Shown one piece after another: positions 1-8,914 of a DNA stretch of 62,717 bases (positions are counted from its first letter, which is position 1; every line of letters begins with the position of its first letter). The notes beneath the pieces were generated by a model. It was not told the DNA's origin, did not search any database, and saw only the letters and a list, made by a program, of their open reading frames with translations. A program made the translations under genes and the position numbers. The stretch comes from a virus (lineage: Duplodnaviria; Caudoviricetes): positions 1 through 62,717 of IMG/VR virus record IMGVR_UViG_3300037509_000107, one strand, 5' to 3'.

Positions 1-615
1 ATGCCCGACGCGAAACCCATCCTGTTCTTCGACACCGAGACGACGGGCATGCTGGTGCGGGGGCTCCCCGCGGACGACCCCGCGCAGCCGCGGGTGGTGC
101 AGTTGGCCGCGGTGCTCGCGGACGCCGGCGGCGACGTGATCGCGCAGCTCTCGACGCTGATCCGGCCCGACGGCTGGACCGTCTCCGAGGGTGCCCGGGA
201 CGTCCACGGGATTTCCACGGACAGGTGTGCCGCGTACGGGGTGCCGATCGCCGCGGCGGTCGGGCTCTTCGACGCGTTGTGCGGGGTGGCGGGCGAGCTG
301 GTCGCGCACAACCTGAGCTTCGACGAACGGGTCCTCGGGGCGGAATACGGGCGGCTCGGGCGGCCGGACTTCGCCGGCGGCCTGGTCGGATTCTGCACGA
401 TGCAGGCCGCCACGCCCGTCTGCCGCCTCCCCGGTCGCCAGGGCTTCAAGTGGCCGACGCTGGCCGAGGCGCACCGCCACCTGATCGGCACCGACTTCGT
501 CGACGCCCACGACGCGCTCGCCGACGTGCTGGCGTGCATGCGGTGCTACTTCGAGTTGAAGCAACGGGCCGCGGCCAAGGCCAACGGCCAGGCCACCGCC
601 CCCGCCCCGAGTTGA
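1..615 (+). CDS. DEDDh 3'-5' exonuclease (DnaQ/epsilon-like)
   Basis: Motifs FDTETTG, VAHNLSFD, AHDALADV. Confidence 0.9.
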   Translation: MPDAKPILFFDTETTGMLVRGLPADDPAQPRVVQLAAVLADAGGDVIAQLSTLIRPDGWTVSEGARDVHGISTDRCAAYGVPIAAAVGLFDALCGVAGELVAHNLSFDERVLGAEYGRLGRPDFAGGLVGFCTMQAATPVCRLPGRQGFKWPTLAEAHRHLIGTDFVDAHDALADVLACMRCYFELKQRAAAKANGQATAPAPS

Positions 616-674
616 TCCGCGGTTACCCACAGCATGGTTCTACGCGCCCCCGTGTTCCGAAATCCCGCGATCCG

Positions 675-1193
675 ATGCCGAAACCTACGAACCATCCCAA
701 GCTGAGCGCGGCGCTGCGGGAGCAGAAGGAGCAGGGCGCGCTGAAGGTCGAGACCTTCGCCGACGCCGCCCTGTGCTCGACGAGCACCGCCTACAGCGTG
801 TTCCGCGACGGCGCATGGGACGAGTTGTACGCCGACATCCGCCACATGCTGGCCAAGCTGCCGGCGCCCGCGGCGGACGCGGTGCTCGGCGTGCTGCTGC
901 CGGCGGTGTACGCGATGCCGCGGCGGCAGGACGCGTGCGGGGACATCAACGGGGACGGGCGGGTCGACGCGAAGGACGCCCTGGCGGGCGCGGTGCTGCT
1001 GACCGAGGAAGTGGCCACCACGCTGCGGGCCATCCACGGGGGCACGTGCGAGGGCGGGATCTTCACTGAACAACAGGGCGCCGCGCTGGGCGCGGCCGTC
1101 GACCAGATCCGCCGGATGGCGGACCGGCTGACGGCGCTGCTGCCGGCGGTGACCGCGGTGCGGCAGGACCGGCCGCGGATGAAGGTCGGATGA
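675..1193 (+). CDS. Putative phage regulatory protein (N-terminal HTH-like; GDINGDGRVDAKD loop; CII/CP76-like)
   Basis: ATG at 675; helical protein with DGR-x-D motif; GC3-rich codons. Confidence 0.5.
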   Translation: MPKPTNHPKLSAALREQKEQGALKVETFADAALCSTSTAYSVFRDGAWDELYADIRHMLAKLPAPAADAVLGVLLPAVYAMPRRQDACGDINGDGRVDAKDALAGAVLLTEEVATTLRAIHGGTCEGGIFTEQQGAALGAAVDQIRRMADRLTALLPAVTAVRQDRPRMKVG

Positions 1194-1265
1194 CGCGGGG
1201 TGGAGCAGAGGCAGCTCGCCGGGCTCATAACCCGGAGGCCGGAGGTTCGAATCCTCCCCCCGCAA
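1194..1265 (+). tRNA. Initiator tRNA-Met (CAT), CCA not encoded
   Basis: CGCGGGG/CCCCGCA acceptor stem with C1:A72 mismatch, anticodon stem CCGGG-CTCATAA-CCCGG with three G-C pairs, T arm GGAGG-TTCGAAT-CCTCC. Confidence 0.95.
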
Positions 1266-1298
1266 TTCGGACGGACCAACTGACAAGGGAGGCAGGCC

Positions 1299-1580
1299 AT
1301 GCACTACGCCGACAACAGCGTCGCCCACAGGGGCTGGGTCATCGACCCGGTGTGGAGCGACGCGGAGCAGCAGTGGGGCTACACGGCCACGAAGCCGGGC
1401 GAGGAGCCGCAGACGGCCGCCCCGGCGTGGCCGACGACGCACGGGGCGATCGCCGCGGCACGCCAGCGGATCAACGCCCTGGTCGACGTGCGGCGGCAGG
1501 CGGAGGACCGGCGGGCCGTGGCGGCGGCGGTGGCGCAGGAGTACGGCGACGCGGTGCAGCAGTGCCCGGACTGGCAGTGA
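1299..1580 (+). CDS. Hypothetical protein
   Basis: GGAGG RBS, coupled to next ORF. Confidence 0.7.
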   Translation: MHYADNSVAHRGWVIDPVWSDAEQQWGYTATKPGEEPQTAAPAWPTTHGAIAAARQRINALVDVRRQAEDRRAVAAAVAQEYGDAVQQCPDWQ

Positions 1581-1705
1581 TGAACGGCAACCGCCCCAAC
1601 CCCAACCGCCGGCTGGCCGCGATGTGGCTGGCGCTGCTGCTCCTGCCGTTCGTCGCCGGGTTCCTGGCGGTGGCGCTGATGCGGTGGGTCGAGTGGATGA
1701 GGTGA
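1580..1705 (+). CDS. Small single-pass membrane protein
   Basis: TGATG overlap; MWLALLLLPFVAGFLAVALM hydrophobic helix. Confidence 0.6.
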   Translation: MNGNRPNPNRRLAAMWLALLLLPFVAGFLAVALMRWVEWMR

Positions 1706-1710
1706 CGACC

Positions 1711-2205
1711 ATGCAGAACGGGACCCCGGTGAAGGACGTGCGCGGCGTCGACGTCGCCCAGGTGCGGGTGTCGCAGGCGACGCGGGACATGGCCAACGGG
1801 CGGTACCAATCGCCCGCGGCGGAGCTGGCCGCGGAGGTCGAGTCGCTGGAGCAGTGGATCGAGACGAAGAACGCCCGCAAGCGGCAGATCGAGGCCCGAC
1901 TCGGCGTGCTCAACGGCCGGGTGAAGGGCCAGGCCCGCCTGCCGACCGACGAGTACCGCGCCATCGTCGCCGAGCAGGGGAAGCTCAAGAACGAATTGGG
2001 CGACATCCTGGCCGAGACGTCCCGCGAGGGGCTACGGCTGCACAAGCTGCGCGACCGTCTCCGCGCCGAACGTCCGGACGACAAGGCGCAGTCGGAGCCG
2101 ATGTCCCCGATCTTGCGCGAGATCCTCGCGGAGTTGCGGGCGATCCGACAGTTGATCGAGCACCGGGTCGAGGTGATCGGTTCGGCCGACGCGTCGAGGG
2201 AATGA
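1711..2205 (+). CDS. Hypothetical coiled-coil protein
   Basis: GAGG RBS, heptad-rich sequence. Confidence 0.7.
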   Translation: MQNGTPVKDVRGVDVAQVRVSQATRDMANGRYQSPAAELAAEVESLEQWIETKNARKRQIEARLGVLNGRVKGQARLPTDEYRAIVAEQGKLKNELGDILAETSREGLRLHKLRDRLRAERPDDKAQSEPMSPILREILAELRAIRQLIEHRVEVIGSADASRE

Positions 2206-2292
2206 AGCAGGCCGCAGCGGGTGCCGCGGCCTGAGTGGAATTCAAATAGGGCGGCAGGGCCGTGAACCCTGAACTCCGCCCGGGATCGGAAG

Positions 2293-2730
2293 ATGGGCAA
2301 TCATATCGAGCAACCTGTAGCGCCGTCTACTGGAACCGGGGACGGGACTCTTCCCCACCCCGCCCACACGCCCGGCCCCTGGTTCGTCTTCGGCAACGGG
2401 CATTGCGTCGGCGGGCGCTTCACCCCACGCAGCGACCTCGGCGACGACCCCACCCAACAGACGGCCGGCGTCGCCATGTGCGCGATGAAGCTCCGGCCGC
2501 CATCGGAGAACGAGGCCAACGCAAAGCTGATCGTCTCCGCCCCCGCCGCCGACCTGATCCTCCGGATGCTCCAACGGGGCGTGGCCGCCTTCGACCCGTC
2601 GACCGCCGAGCTACGGTTCAACGGGCTGCGGTACAGCGCCCGCGATTGCGATTGGGACAAGATCGTCGCGGTCATCGGCTGGGAGAAGTGCCAGCGCGCC
2701 GCGTACGGACCGCGGGAGGGGGCGGGTTAA
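2293..2730 (+). CDS. Hypothetical phage protein (HTPGPW motif family)
   Basis: HTPGPW...EANAKLIVSAP pattern common in phage early genes. Confidence 0.7.
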   Translation: MGNHIEQPVAPSTGTGDGTLPHPAHTPGPWFVFGNGHCVGGRFTPRSDLGDDPTQQTAGVAMCAMKLRPPSENEANAKLIVSAPAADLILRMLQRGVAAFDPSTAELRFNGLRYSARDCDWDKIVAVIGWEKCQRAAYGPREGAG

Positions 2731-2745
2731 ACCCCGCCCCCTCCC
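2714..2745. terminator. 13-bp perfect inverted repeat hairpin
   Basis: GGGAGGGGGCGGG-TTAAAC-CCCGCCCCCTCCC over the stop codon; only a weak U-tract. Confidence 0.5.
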
Positions 2746-2957
2746 TTACGCCGGCCCCGCCGTCGAGCGACTGCGGGAGACCGCCCTGGTACGGGATAGC
2801 GGGCGGCCGCGGGCGAGACCCGGCCGGCGAGTGAAACCTTCGACGCGGGCGGCGACTGTCGCGTGTCCGACAGGCCGCCCACTCCACCGCGGCCGGGCGG
2901 CGCCGTCACTGGTTTGCCGGCGGCGCCGCCGGCCGCTTCTTTCCAAGGAACGATCTC

Positions 2958-3245
2958 ATGGGACTAACCCTCAACCGGCGCCGCGGCGAGACGGTCCTGG
3001 TCGGCGACGCGGCCGAGGCCCGGGTCGACTGGCTCGGCCACGGCGCCGTCCCGCGCGTCGGGCTGAGCGTCCGCGTGGCCGGCCAAGTCCGCTACGTCAC
3101 GATGCGGTGGCGCGAGCAGGTCCCGGTCGGCCCGGCGGTCGTGACGTTCTGCGGGATCTTCAACGGCGGGGCGCGGCTTGATTTCGCGGCCGACCGGTCG
3201 GTCAAGATCCTCCGGTCGGAGCTGGCGGCAACGGCCGCGACGTGA
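2958..3245 (+). CDS. csrA: CsrA/RsmA-like RNA-binding protein, apparently tandem double unit
   Basis: N-term LTLNRRRGETVLVGD and C-term GARLDFAADRSVKILRSEL match CsrA ends; 95 aa vs ~60 aa. Confidence 0.65.
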   Translation: MGLTLNRRRGETVLVGDAAEARVDWLGHGAVPRVGLSVRVAGQVRYVTMRWREQVPVGPAVVTFCGIFNGGARLDFAADRSVKILRSELAATAAT

Positions 3246-3328
3246 GACACGCGCCCCTCGCGGCCGCCGACACGGCGAAGAAACGCACGCTCTGGCCGCC
3301 GCGGGGGCCTTTGAACGAGGGATCAACG

Positions 3329-3697
3329 ATGACGAGTCAAGCCCCATTTAGCGAACTGGCCGCCGCGCTCGGCACCGGCACCGGCACCGGCTTCCCGCGA
3401 ATTGTCTGCCTCTGCGGAAGCACGCGGTTCAAGGACGCCTTCGTCACAGCCATGCGGGATGAAACGCTTGCCGGCCGAATCGTCCTCACGGTTGGGATGT
3501 TCGGGCACGTCGAAGGGCTCGACATGAACGGCCCGACTAAGACGGCACTCGATGAGCTGCACCTGAGGAAGATCGACTTGGCCAACGAGATCCTTGTGCT
3601 CAACGTGGGCGGCTACATCGGTGACTCGACACGCCGTGAAGTCCAGTACGCCCGCGACACCGGGAAGCCGATCCGCTGGCTGGAGCAGCCGGAGTAA
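3329..3697 (+). CDS. Nucleoside deoxyribosyltransferase-like (Rossmannoid) phage protein
   Basis: IVCLCGSTRF...LHLRKIDLANEILVLNVGGYIGDSTRREVQYA. Confidence 0.7.
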   Translation: MTSQAPFSELAAALGTGTGTGFPRIVCLCGSTRFKDAFVTAMRDETLAGRIVLTVGMFGHVEGLDMNGPTKTALDELHLRKIDLANEILVLNVGGYIGDSTRREVQYARDTGKPIRWLEQPE

Positions 3698-3701
3698 CGG
3701 G

Positions 3702-3914
3702 ATGCCTGACAACAGCGACATCGAGTGGCGGCCGATCACGCCGACCGACCCGCCGGACGGGGCGATCGTCCTCACGCGGATCAACGGCGGGCTGCTCGGC
3801 GTGCGGAACGAGCAACGGCTCATGCGCGTCGGGCAGACGTGGCTGGCCGCGGACGCCAAGAGCGCCCCGGAGCAACCGAACGAATACGCCGCGACGCCGC
3901 GGCCGAAGGAGTGA
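3702..3914 (+). CDS. Hypothetical protein
   Basis: GGAG RBS, fits operon spacing. Confidence 0.6.
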   Translation: MPDNSDIEWRPITPTDPPDGAIVLTRINGGLLGVRNEQRLMRVGQTWLAADAKSAPEQPNEYAATPRPKE

Positions 3915-3918
3915 CCCG

Positions 3919-4326
3919 GTGGACCAGCAGACCTTACGCGCGATCGTGGCGGCGATCCTCCTGCCGTCGGTCGGCCAGTGCCGCCGACTCGCCGTCACCC
4001 ACCCCCACTGCGTCGAGGACGCGATCAACCTGGCCGACACGCTGCTCGGGCGGGTGGCCGAGACTTCGGCGGCGGCGTCGTTCCTCGGGTCGCTCGACGC
4101 CGGGGCGCCGACGCCGGTGCCCGCGCCGCTGGCCGGGATGGGGCCGCCGGCGGCGAGGCAGCCGCCTTACGAGGCGCGCGCCAGCCACCACGGCTCAAAC
4201 GTGTACGACGTGGTCCGCACCAGCGACGGCGCGGTGATGAGCGGATTGCACTCGCTCCCGCTGGACGCCGCGCAGGAGGCGGTCGACCGGATGAACGAGG
4301 CGGTCGCCGCGGAGGTGGCAGGCTGA
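3919..4326 (+). CDS. Hypothetical protein
   Basis: AAGGAG RBS, GTG start, TGATG coupling to next gene. Confidence 0.6.
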   Translation: MDQQTLRAIVAAILLPSVGQCRRLAVTHPHCVEDAINLADTLLGRVAETSAAASFLGSLDAGAPTPVPAPLAGMGPPAARQPPYEARASHHGSNVYDVVRTSDGAVMSGLHSLPLDAAQEAVDRMNEAVAAEVAG

Positions 4327-5210
4327 TGATCACCGCCGAACAACGCCAGCTTCGCCGTCGGTACATCGGGTCCAGCGACGCCGCCGCCATCCTCGGCCTC
4401 GACCCCTACCGCTCCGCGTCGGACGTCTGGATGGAGAAGACGGGCCGGCTCGACGACGCCGACCGTGGCAACGACCGTGGCAACGACGCCACAGCGGCGG
4501 GCAACGTGCTGGAGCGCGCCGTACTCGATTGGGCCGAGCGGTCACTCGACCGGCCGCTGAACCGCGACGTGATGAAGGTCGCCGGCGACCTTTGCGCCAA
4601 CCTTGACGGGGAGTGGCCGGGGGCACTGGCGTCGGCACCGTTCGTTGTGGAGGCCAAAACGACCGGGATCGTCGGCTTACCCGACCCCGGCTACGGCGAG
4701 CCGGGCACGGACCAAGTGCCCGAGCGGGTGATCATCCAGACGCACCACCAGATGTTCGTGACTGGGTACGCGCTCGCGTGGGTACCGGTCCTGATCGGCG
4801 GCCGCGGCTTCTGCATGTACCAGGTCGAGCGGGACGAGGCGCTGGCCGCAGCGATCGCGGAGCGGGCGTCGGCGTTCGTCGACCGCCACGTGAAGACGGA
4901 CACCCCGCCCGACGACTTCCGGCCGTCGGTCGAGATCCTCAGGCGCGCCCGCCGGCAGCCGGGCAAGGTGGTCACCCTCGACGATGAGATCGTCAGCCGG
5001 TTCGTCGTCGCCCGCGCCGCCCGGATCCAGGCCGAAGAGGCCGAGAGTTACGCACTGGCCGACCTGATTGCGGCCCTGGGGGACGCCGAAGCGGGGGATT
5101 ACACGGCCGGGCGGGTGACCTACTTCCAGGCGACGCGCAAAGCGTACACGGTCAAAGAGTCCACCTACCGCACACTCCGGCTCGTGAAGGCCGGGAAAGG
5201 GACCGCATGA
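4326..5210 (+). CDS. YqaJ-like viral recombination exonuclease
   Basis: RRRYIGSSDAAAILGLDPY...WMEKTG, ANLDG, VEAKT, Q..HQM motifs. Confidence 0.9.
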   Translation: MITAEQRQLRRRYIGSSDAAAILGLDPYRSASDVWMEKTGRLDDADRGNDRGNDATAAGNVLERAVLDWAERSLDRPLNRDVMKVAGDLCANLDGEWPGALASAPFVVEAKTTGIVGLPDPGYGEPGTDQVPERVIIQTHHQMFVTGYALAWVPVLIGGRGFCMYQVERDEALAAAIAERASAFVDRHVKTDTPPDDFRPSVEILRRARRQPGKVVTLDDEIVSRFVVARAARIQAEEAESYALADLIAALGDAEAGDYTAGRVTYFQATRKAYTVKESTYRTLRLVKAGKGTA

Positions 5211-6256
5211 ATGCGACGATGGAGTTGCCGGCCGCGCCGGCGCAGTCCAACGGGAACGGCGGGACCGCGATCCAGCGGGCCAGCGTCTTCGAGCCGATGG
5301 CCAAGCGGTTCGGCACGTCCGTCGCCGGGCTCCGGCAGATCCTCAAGGCGACGGTGATCAAGGGCGCCGGCGGCCGCGAGGTCACCGAGGAAGAGATGGC
5401 CGCGTTCGCGATCGTGGCCAATCAGTACGGCCTCAACCCCTTCACCAAGGAGATTCACGCGTTCGCCGACCGCGGGCGGATCGTGCCCATCGTCGGGATC
5501 GACGGGTGGGCCCACATCGTGAACGCTCACCAGGAGTTCGACGGCTGCGACTTCCAGGAGGAAGAGGACCAGCAGGGCAACCCTCACAAGACAACGTGCC
5601 GTATGCACGTGAAGGGCCGGGGCCACCCCGTCACCGTCACCGAGCGGTACGCCGAGTGCCGGCGCGGGACCGAGCCGTGGAAGACGATGCCGTTCCGGAT
5701 GCTCCGGCACAAGGCGTTCATGCAGGCGGCCCGGCTCGCGTTCTCCGTCTCCGGTCTCTACGACGAAGACGAGGCGCGCGACATCATCGGCCACGCCGAC
5801 CCCACACTGGCGGCAGCACAAAGCATGGCCACCGGGAGCCGCACCGCGGGGGTCCTCAGGAAAGTTACCGAACGCCCCGTGTCCGAGAACCAAACTTTCG
5901 AGCCGACCGCCACGGCCGAGGACGCGCTGGCGGCTCAGGCCGCGGCGGACGGCGAGACGATCGAGGTCGACCGGGGAGCGGACGGCGACGCCAGTGATCA
6001 GGTGTCGCAGGCGCTGGACGGCGCGGCCCCCGACGTCTCGACCTGGGCGTCGACGCTCGCCGCGGCCGAAGAGGCCGCGCGGGCGATCGGCATGGACCCG
6101 GCCACCTTCGACACCGCGGTCAACCTGTACGTCGTGAAGGCCGGGGCGAAGGGCAAAGAAGACCGGAAGCTCAGCCGCCAGCAGCGGCTCGACCTGGTGG
6201 CGGCCGTGCGGGAGAAGCGGCTCAACCCCGACGGCACGATCAAGCCGGCGTCGTAA
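5207..6256 (+). CDS. bet: RecT/Bet single-strand annealing protein
   Basis: QYGLNPFTKEIHAF...PIVGIDGW...WKTMPFRMLRHKAFMQAARLAF. Confidence 0.9.
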   Translation: MNATMELPAAPAQSNGNGGTAIQRASVFEPMAKRFGTSVAGLRQILKATVIKGAGGREVTEEEMAAFAIVANQYGLNPFTKEIHAFADRGRIVPIVGIDGWAHIVNAHQEFDGCDFQEEEDQQGNPHKTTCRMHVKGRGHPVTVTERYAECRRGTEPWKTMPFRMLRHKAFMQAARLAFSVSGLYDEDEARDIIGHADPTLAAAQSMATGSRTAGVLRKVTERPVSENQTFEPTATAEDALAAQAAADGETIEVDRGADGDASDQVSQALDGAAPDVSTWASTLAAAEEAARAIGMDPATFDTAVNLYVVKAGAKGKEDRKLSRQQRLDLVAAVREKRLNPDGTIKPAS

Positions 6257-6497
6257 CCACGGCACTCCATCGGGCCACGGAGGTAAACACGGCCCGCAGT
6301 GCCGGCGCTGGTCCGCATCGCGAGCGGGCACACCGGAATTAAAGATCCTGCCACCGCCCTTGGCAGCGACGCCGACGCGCGACGGGGAGCCGATTGCACC
6401 GCGAGAGCGGGAGGCGTTGATCCGGGAGACCGCAGAGCGATGGAGCACGAGCCGCGCCCGACCGACGGGCCGGGCGCAGCTTTTGGAGGTAATGGCC

Positions 6498-6938
6498 ATG
6501 GACAAGGACAAGCCTTTCGAGTCGTGGGCGATCGTCGAGGTGATGGGCCACAAGCGGCTGGCCGGCTTCGTGTCGGAGCAGGCCGTCGGCGGCGCCAGCT
6601 TCATCCGCGTCGACGTGCCGGAGGCCGAGGTGCCGTCGCTGTACGGCCGCGACGCCGGGACGCCCGAGAAGCTGGCCGGGTTCACGCAACTGCTGGGCGC
6701 CGCCTCGATCTACGCGATCACGCCCTGCACCGAGGAAGTCGCCAAGCGGGCCGTTGCGTCGTTCCGCGCCCGGCCGGTGCAGCACCTCGACCTGTCGCCG
6801 CCCCGGGCGCTGCCGGCGCCGGCCACCGACGAGGACGGGGAGGCCGTCGAGACGCTGGATCGGCCGCGGGGGCACGACGTCAACGACGACTTCGAGGATG
6901 ACGACGACGGGGAGTGGGACGACCGCCCGGGCCACTAG
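6498..6938 (+). CDS. Conserved phage hypothetical protein
   Basis: GGAGGT RBS; WAIVEVMGH..LAG.VSEQ pattern; acidic tail. Confidence 0.7.
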   Translation: MDKDKPFESWAIVEVMGHKRLAGFVSEQAVGGASFIRVDVPEAEVPSLYGRDAGTPEKLAGFTQLLGAASIYAITPCTEEVAKRAVASFRARPVQHLDLSPPRALPAPATDEDGEAVETLDRPRGHDVNDDFEDDDDGEWDDRPGH

Positions 6939-6967
6939 CTCTCGGGCGGCCGCGACGGAGTGACCCG

Positions 6968-7194
6968 ATGCCCGACGAAACCCACACGTTCCAGGCCGAC
7001 AACGGCGACACGGTGACCGTCCGGCGGTCCCAGGCGGACCCGGGCCTCGTCGTGGTGGAGCGGTTCATCACGCCGGAGCAGATCGTGGACGACAAGCCGT
7101 AGCTGTACGTGGAGCTGCCGGCGGACGTGGCCGGGCTGGGGTCGGCAAGGCGCTGTGGACGATCGCGCAGGAGATGGCGAAGGCGGGGGAGTGA
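6968..7194 (+). pseudogene. Possible degraded small gene (in-frame TAG at 7100, frameshift near 7140)
   Basis: Protein-like reading continues after the stop: KP*LYVELPADVAGL / GVGKALWTIAQEMAKAGE*. Confidence 0.35.
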
Positions 7195-7223
7195 GGTGTG
7201 GCGTGGTCGCGGTCGGCGAACAG

Positions 7224-7427
7224 ATGACGACGGACCTTGCGGTGCCGCGGCTCGCTTACAACCAGCGGGACGCCGCCGCCCTGCTCAGCGTGAGTGACCG
7301 GACGCTGCGGCGGTGGGAGGCGTCGGGCCTGGTGCGGTCCGTGACGGTCGACGGCGTGAAGCTGTACCCGCGGGCGGAGCTGGAGCGGTTGGTCAAGTTG
7401 CCGCCGGCGGGCGGCGTGGAGGCGTGA
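7224..7427 (+). CDS. xis: Excisionase-like HTH (MerR/HTH_17)
   Basis: AYNQRDAAALLSVSDRTLRRWEASG directly upstream of integrase. Confidence 0.8.
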   Translation: MTTDLAVPRLAYNQRDAAALLSVSDRTLRRWEASGLVRSVTVDGVKLYPRAELERLVKLPPAGGVEA

Positions 7428-8914
7428 TCGTGGCGACGCTATCGAACAGCAACGGGCGGCGGGTGATCCAGTTTCCCGCGATCGGCGGCGGGCCGCGGGG
7501 CAAGCGGGCAACGGTCCGGCTCGGCAAGGTCGACGCGAAGACGGCGGCCGGCGTGCTGCTCCACGTGGAGCGGCTGATCGTCGCGGCCGAGACGCAGCAG
7601 CCCCCGCCGGCGGACACGGCCCGGTGGCTCGGGTCGATCGGGGGGAAGCTGCACGGCCGGCTGGCGGCCGCCGGCCTGGTTACGCCGCGGACGGCCCCGG
7701 CCCCCGCGCCGGCCGTCGCGATCGGCCCGTTCATCGACGGCTACCTGAAGCGGCGGACAGACCTGAAACAGTGGACGCTCCGGAACCTCGGGACGACCCG
7801 CCTCTGGCTGGTCCGGTTCTTCGGGGAGGGGCGCGACCTGAGGTCGGTCACCCGCGGCGACGCGCAGGACTTCCACCGGCACGTGCGGGCGGAGCTGGCC
7901 GGGGCGACGGCGTCGGGCCTGCTCAAGCGGTCGCGCATGATCTTCGAGGACGCGGTCGCCCGCGAGCTGATTGCGGCCAACCCGTTCCGCGGGATCAAGG
8001 CGGGCGGGCAGGCGAACCCCGCCCGCGCCCGGTACGTGCCGGCGGCCGACGTCGAGCGGGTGGTCGCCGCGTGCCCGTCGGCCGAGTGGCGGCTCGTGTT
8101 CGCCCTGGCCCGCTACGCCGGGCTCCGCACGCCGACGGAGCCGCAGGCCCTGCGGTGGGTCGACGTGGACTGGCAGCGCGGTCGGATGCTCGTTCACTCG
8201 AGTAAGACCGAGCACCACCAGGGGCGGGCCACGCGCCTCGTCCCGATCTTGCCGGCGCTGCTGCCCCACCTCCGCGACGCGTTCGAGCGGGCGGCCGAGG
8301 GGGCGGAGCACGTGATCCCGAGCCTCCGCGGCCGGGAGAACCTGAGGCGGCGCGCGCTGAAGATCGTCAAGCGGGCCGGGCTCGACCCGTGGCCCCGCCT
8401 GTTTCAGAACCTCCGGGCGAGCTGCGAGACGGACCTCACCGCCCTGGTGCCGCTGCACGTCGTGTGCGCGTGGATCGGCAACACCCAACTGATCGCCGCC
8501 CGGCACTACCTCCAGGTGACCGACGAGCACTTCGCCGCGGTGACCGGCGGCGGGGCCGGGGGCGCTGCACAAAGCGCTGCGGTCAATGGCGGACTACAGC
8601 GGACAGACCCCGAACCCGGGGCCATGGCAGCCGCGGAATCGGCCCCGGGAACGCGGGACGGCGGTTATTCGTTGTGCCGGAGGGGCTTAGAACCTTCGAC
8701 GGTTTCCCCTGAGAATCAACAGGTCGTGCATGAGGCGCTGCAAAAAGCGCTGCACGGCCCCCTCGCCCGCCGCTACTTCCAGTCACGGGGCCGGATCCGG
8801 GTACGGGTCCCCCGCCGGCCCCGGGTCGGACCCAAGCAGGCCGAGGCGTTCGCCCTGGTCCGTAGCCTGCTCAGTCGCCCCACCCCGGCCGCGCCGGCGG
8901 GGGTGGCGTCGTGA
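7424..8914 (+). CDS. int: Tyrosine recombinase / phage integrase
   Basis: ARYAGLRTPTE (R), KTEH, FQNLRASCET, WIGNT..IAARHYL (catalytic Y); start uncertain (GTG 7424 or 7430). Confidence 0.9.
   Translation: MIVATLSNSNGRRVIQFPAIGGGPRGKRATVRLGKVDAKTAAGVLLHVERLIVAAETQQPPPADTARWLGSIGGKLHGRLAAAGLVTPRTAPAPAPAVAIGPFIDGYLKRRTDLKQWTLRNLGTTRLWLVRFFGEGRDLRSVTRGDAQDFHRHVRAELAGATASGLLKRSRMIFEDAVARELIAANPFRGIKAGGQANPARARYVPAADVERVVAACPSAEWRLVFALARYAGLRTPTEPQALRWVDVDWQRGRMLVHSSKTEHHQGRATRLVPILPALLPHLRDAFERAAEGAEHVIPSLRGRENLRRRALKIVKRAGLDPWPRLFQNLRASCETDLTALVPLHVVCAWIGNTQLIAARHYLQVTDEHFAAVTGGGAGGAAQSAAVNGGLQRTDPEPGAMAAAESAPGTRDGGYSLCRRGLEPSTVSPENQQVVHEALQKALHGPLARRYFQSRGRIRVRVPRRPRVGPKQAEAFALVRSLLSRPTPAAPAGVAS
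8561..8753. other. Candidate attP: two arm-type repeats flanking a tRNA-3'-end-like core
   Basis: GGCGCTGCACAAAGCGCTGC (8561-8580) and GGCGCTGCAAAAAGCGCTGC (8734-8753); core GTGCCGGAGGGGCTTAGAACC near 8674-8694. Confidence 0.6.

Noticed and set aside
546-2300. Long minus-strand ORFs (also 5165-6685, 20446-21909, 38997-41225, 43318-45315, 47076-51755)
   Set aside because: Antisense shadows of GC3-rich plus-strand genes; no motifs
3702-3730. MPDNSDIEW resembles the DUF5131 N-terminus
   Set aside because: Match only ~9 aa and does not continue
4461-4487. 12-bp tandem duplication in yqaJ (and a 21-bp one in the scaffold near 54559-54596)
   Set aside because: In-frame slippage duplications without evident function
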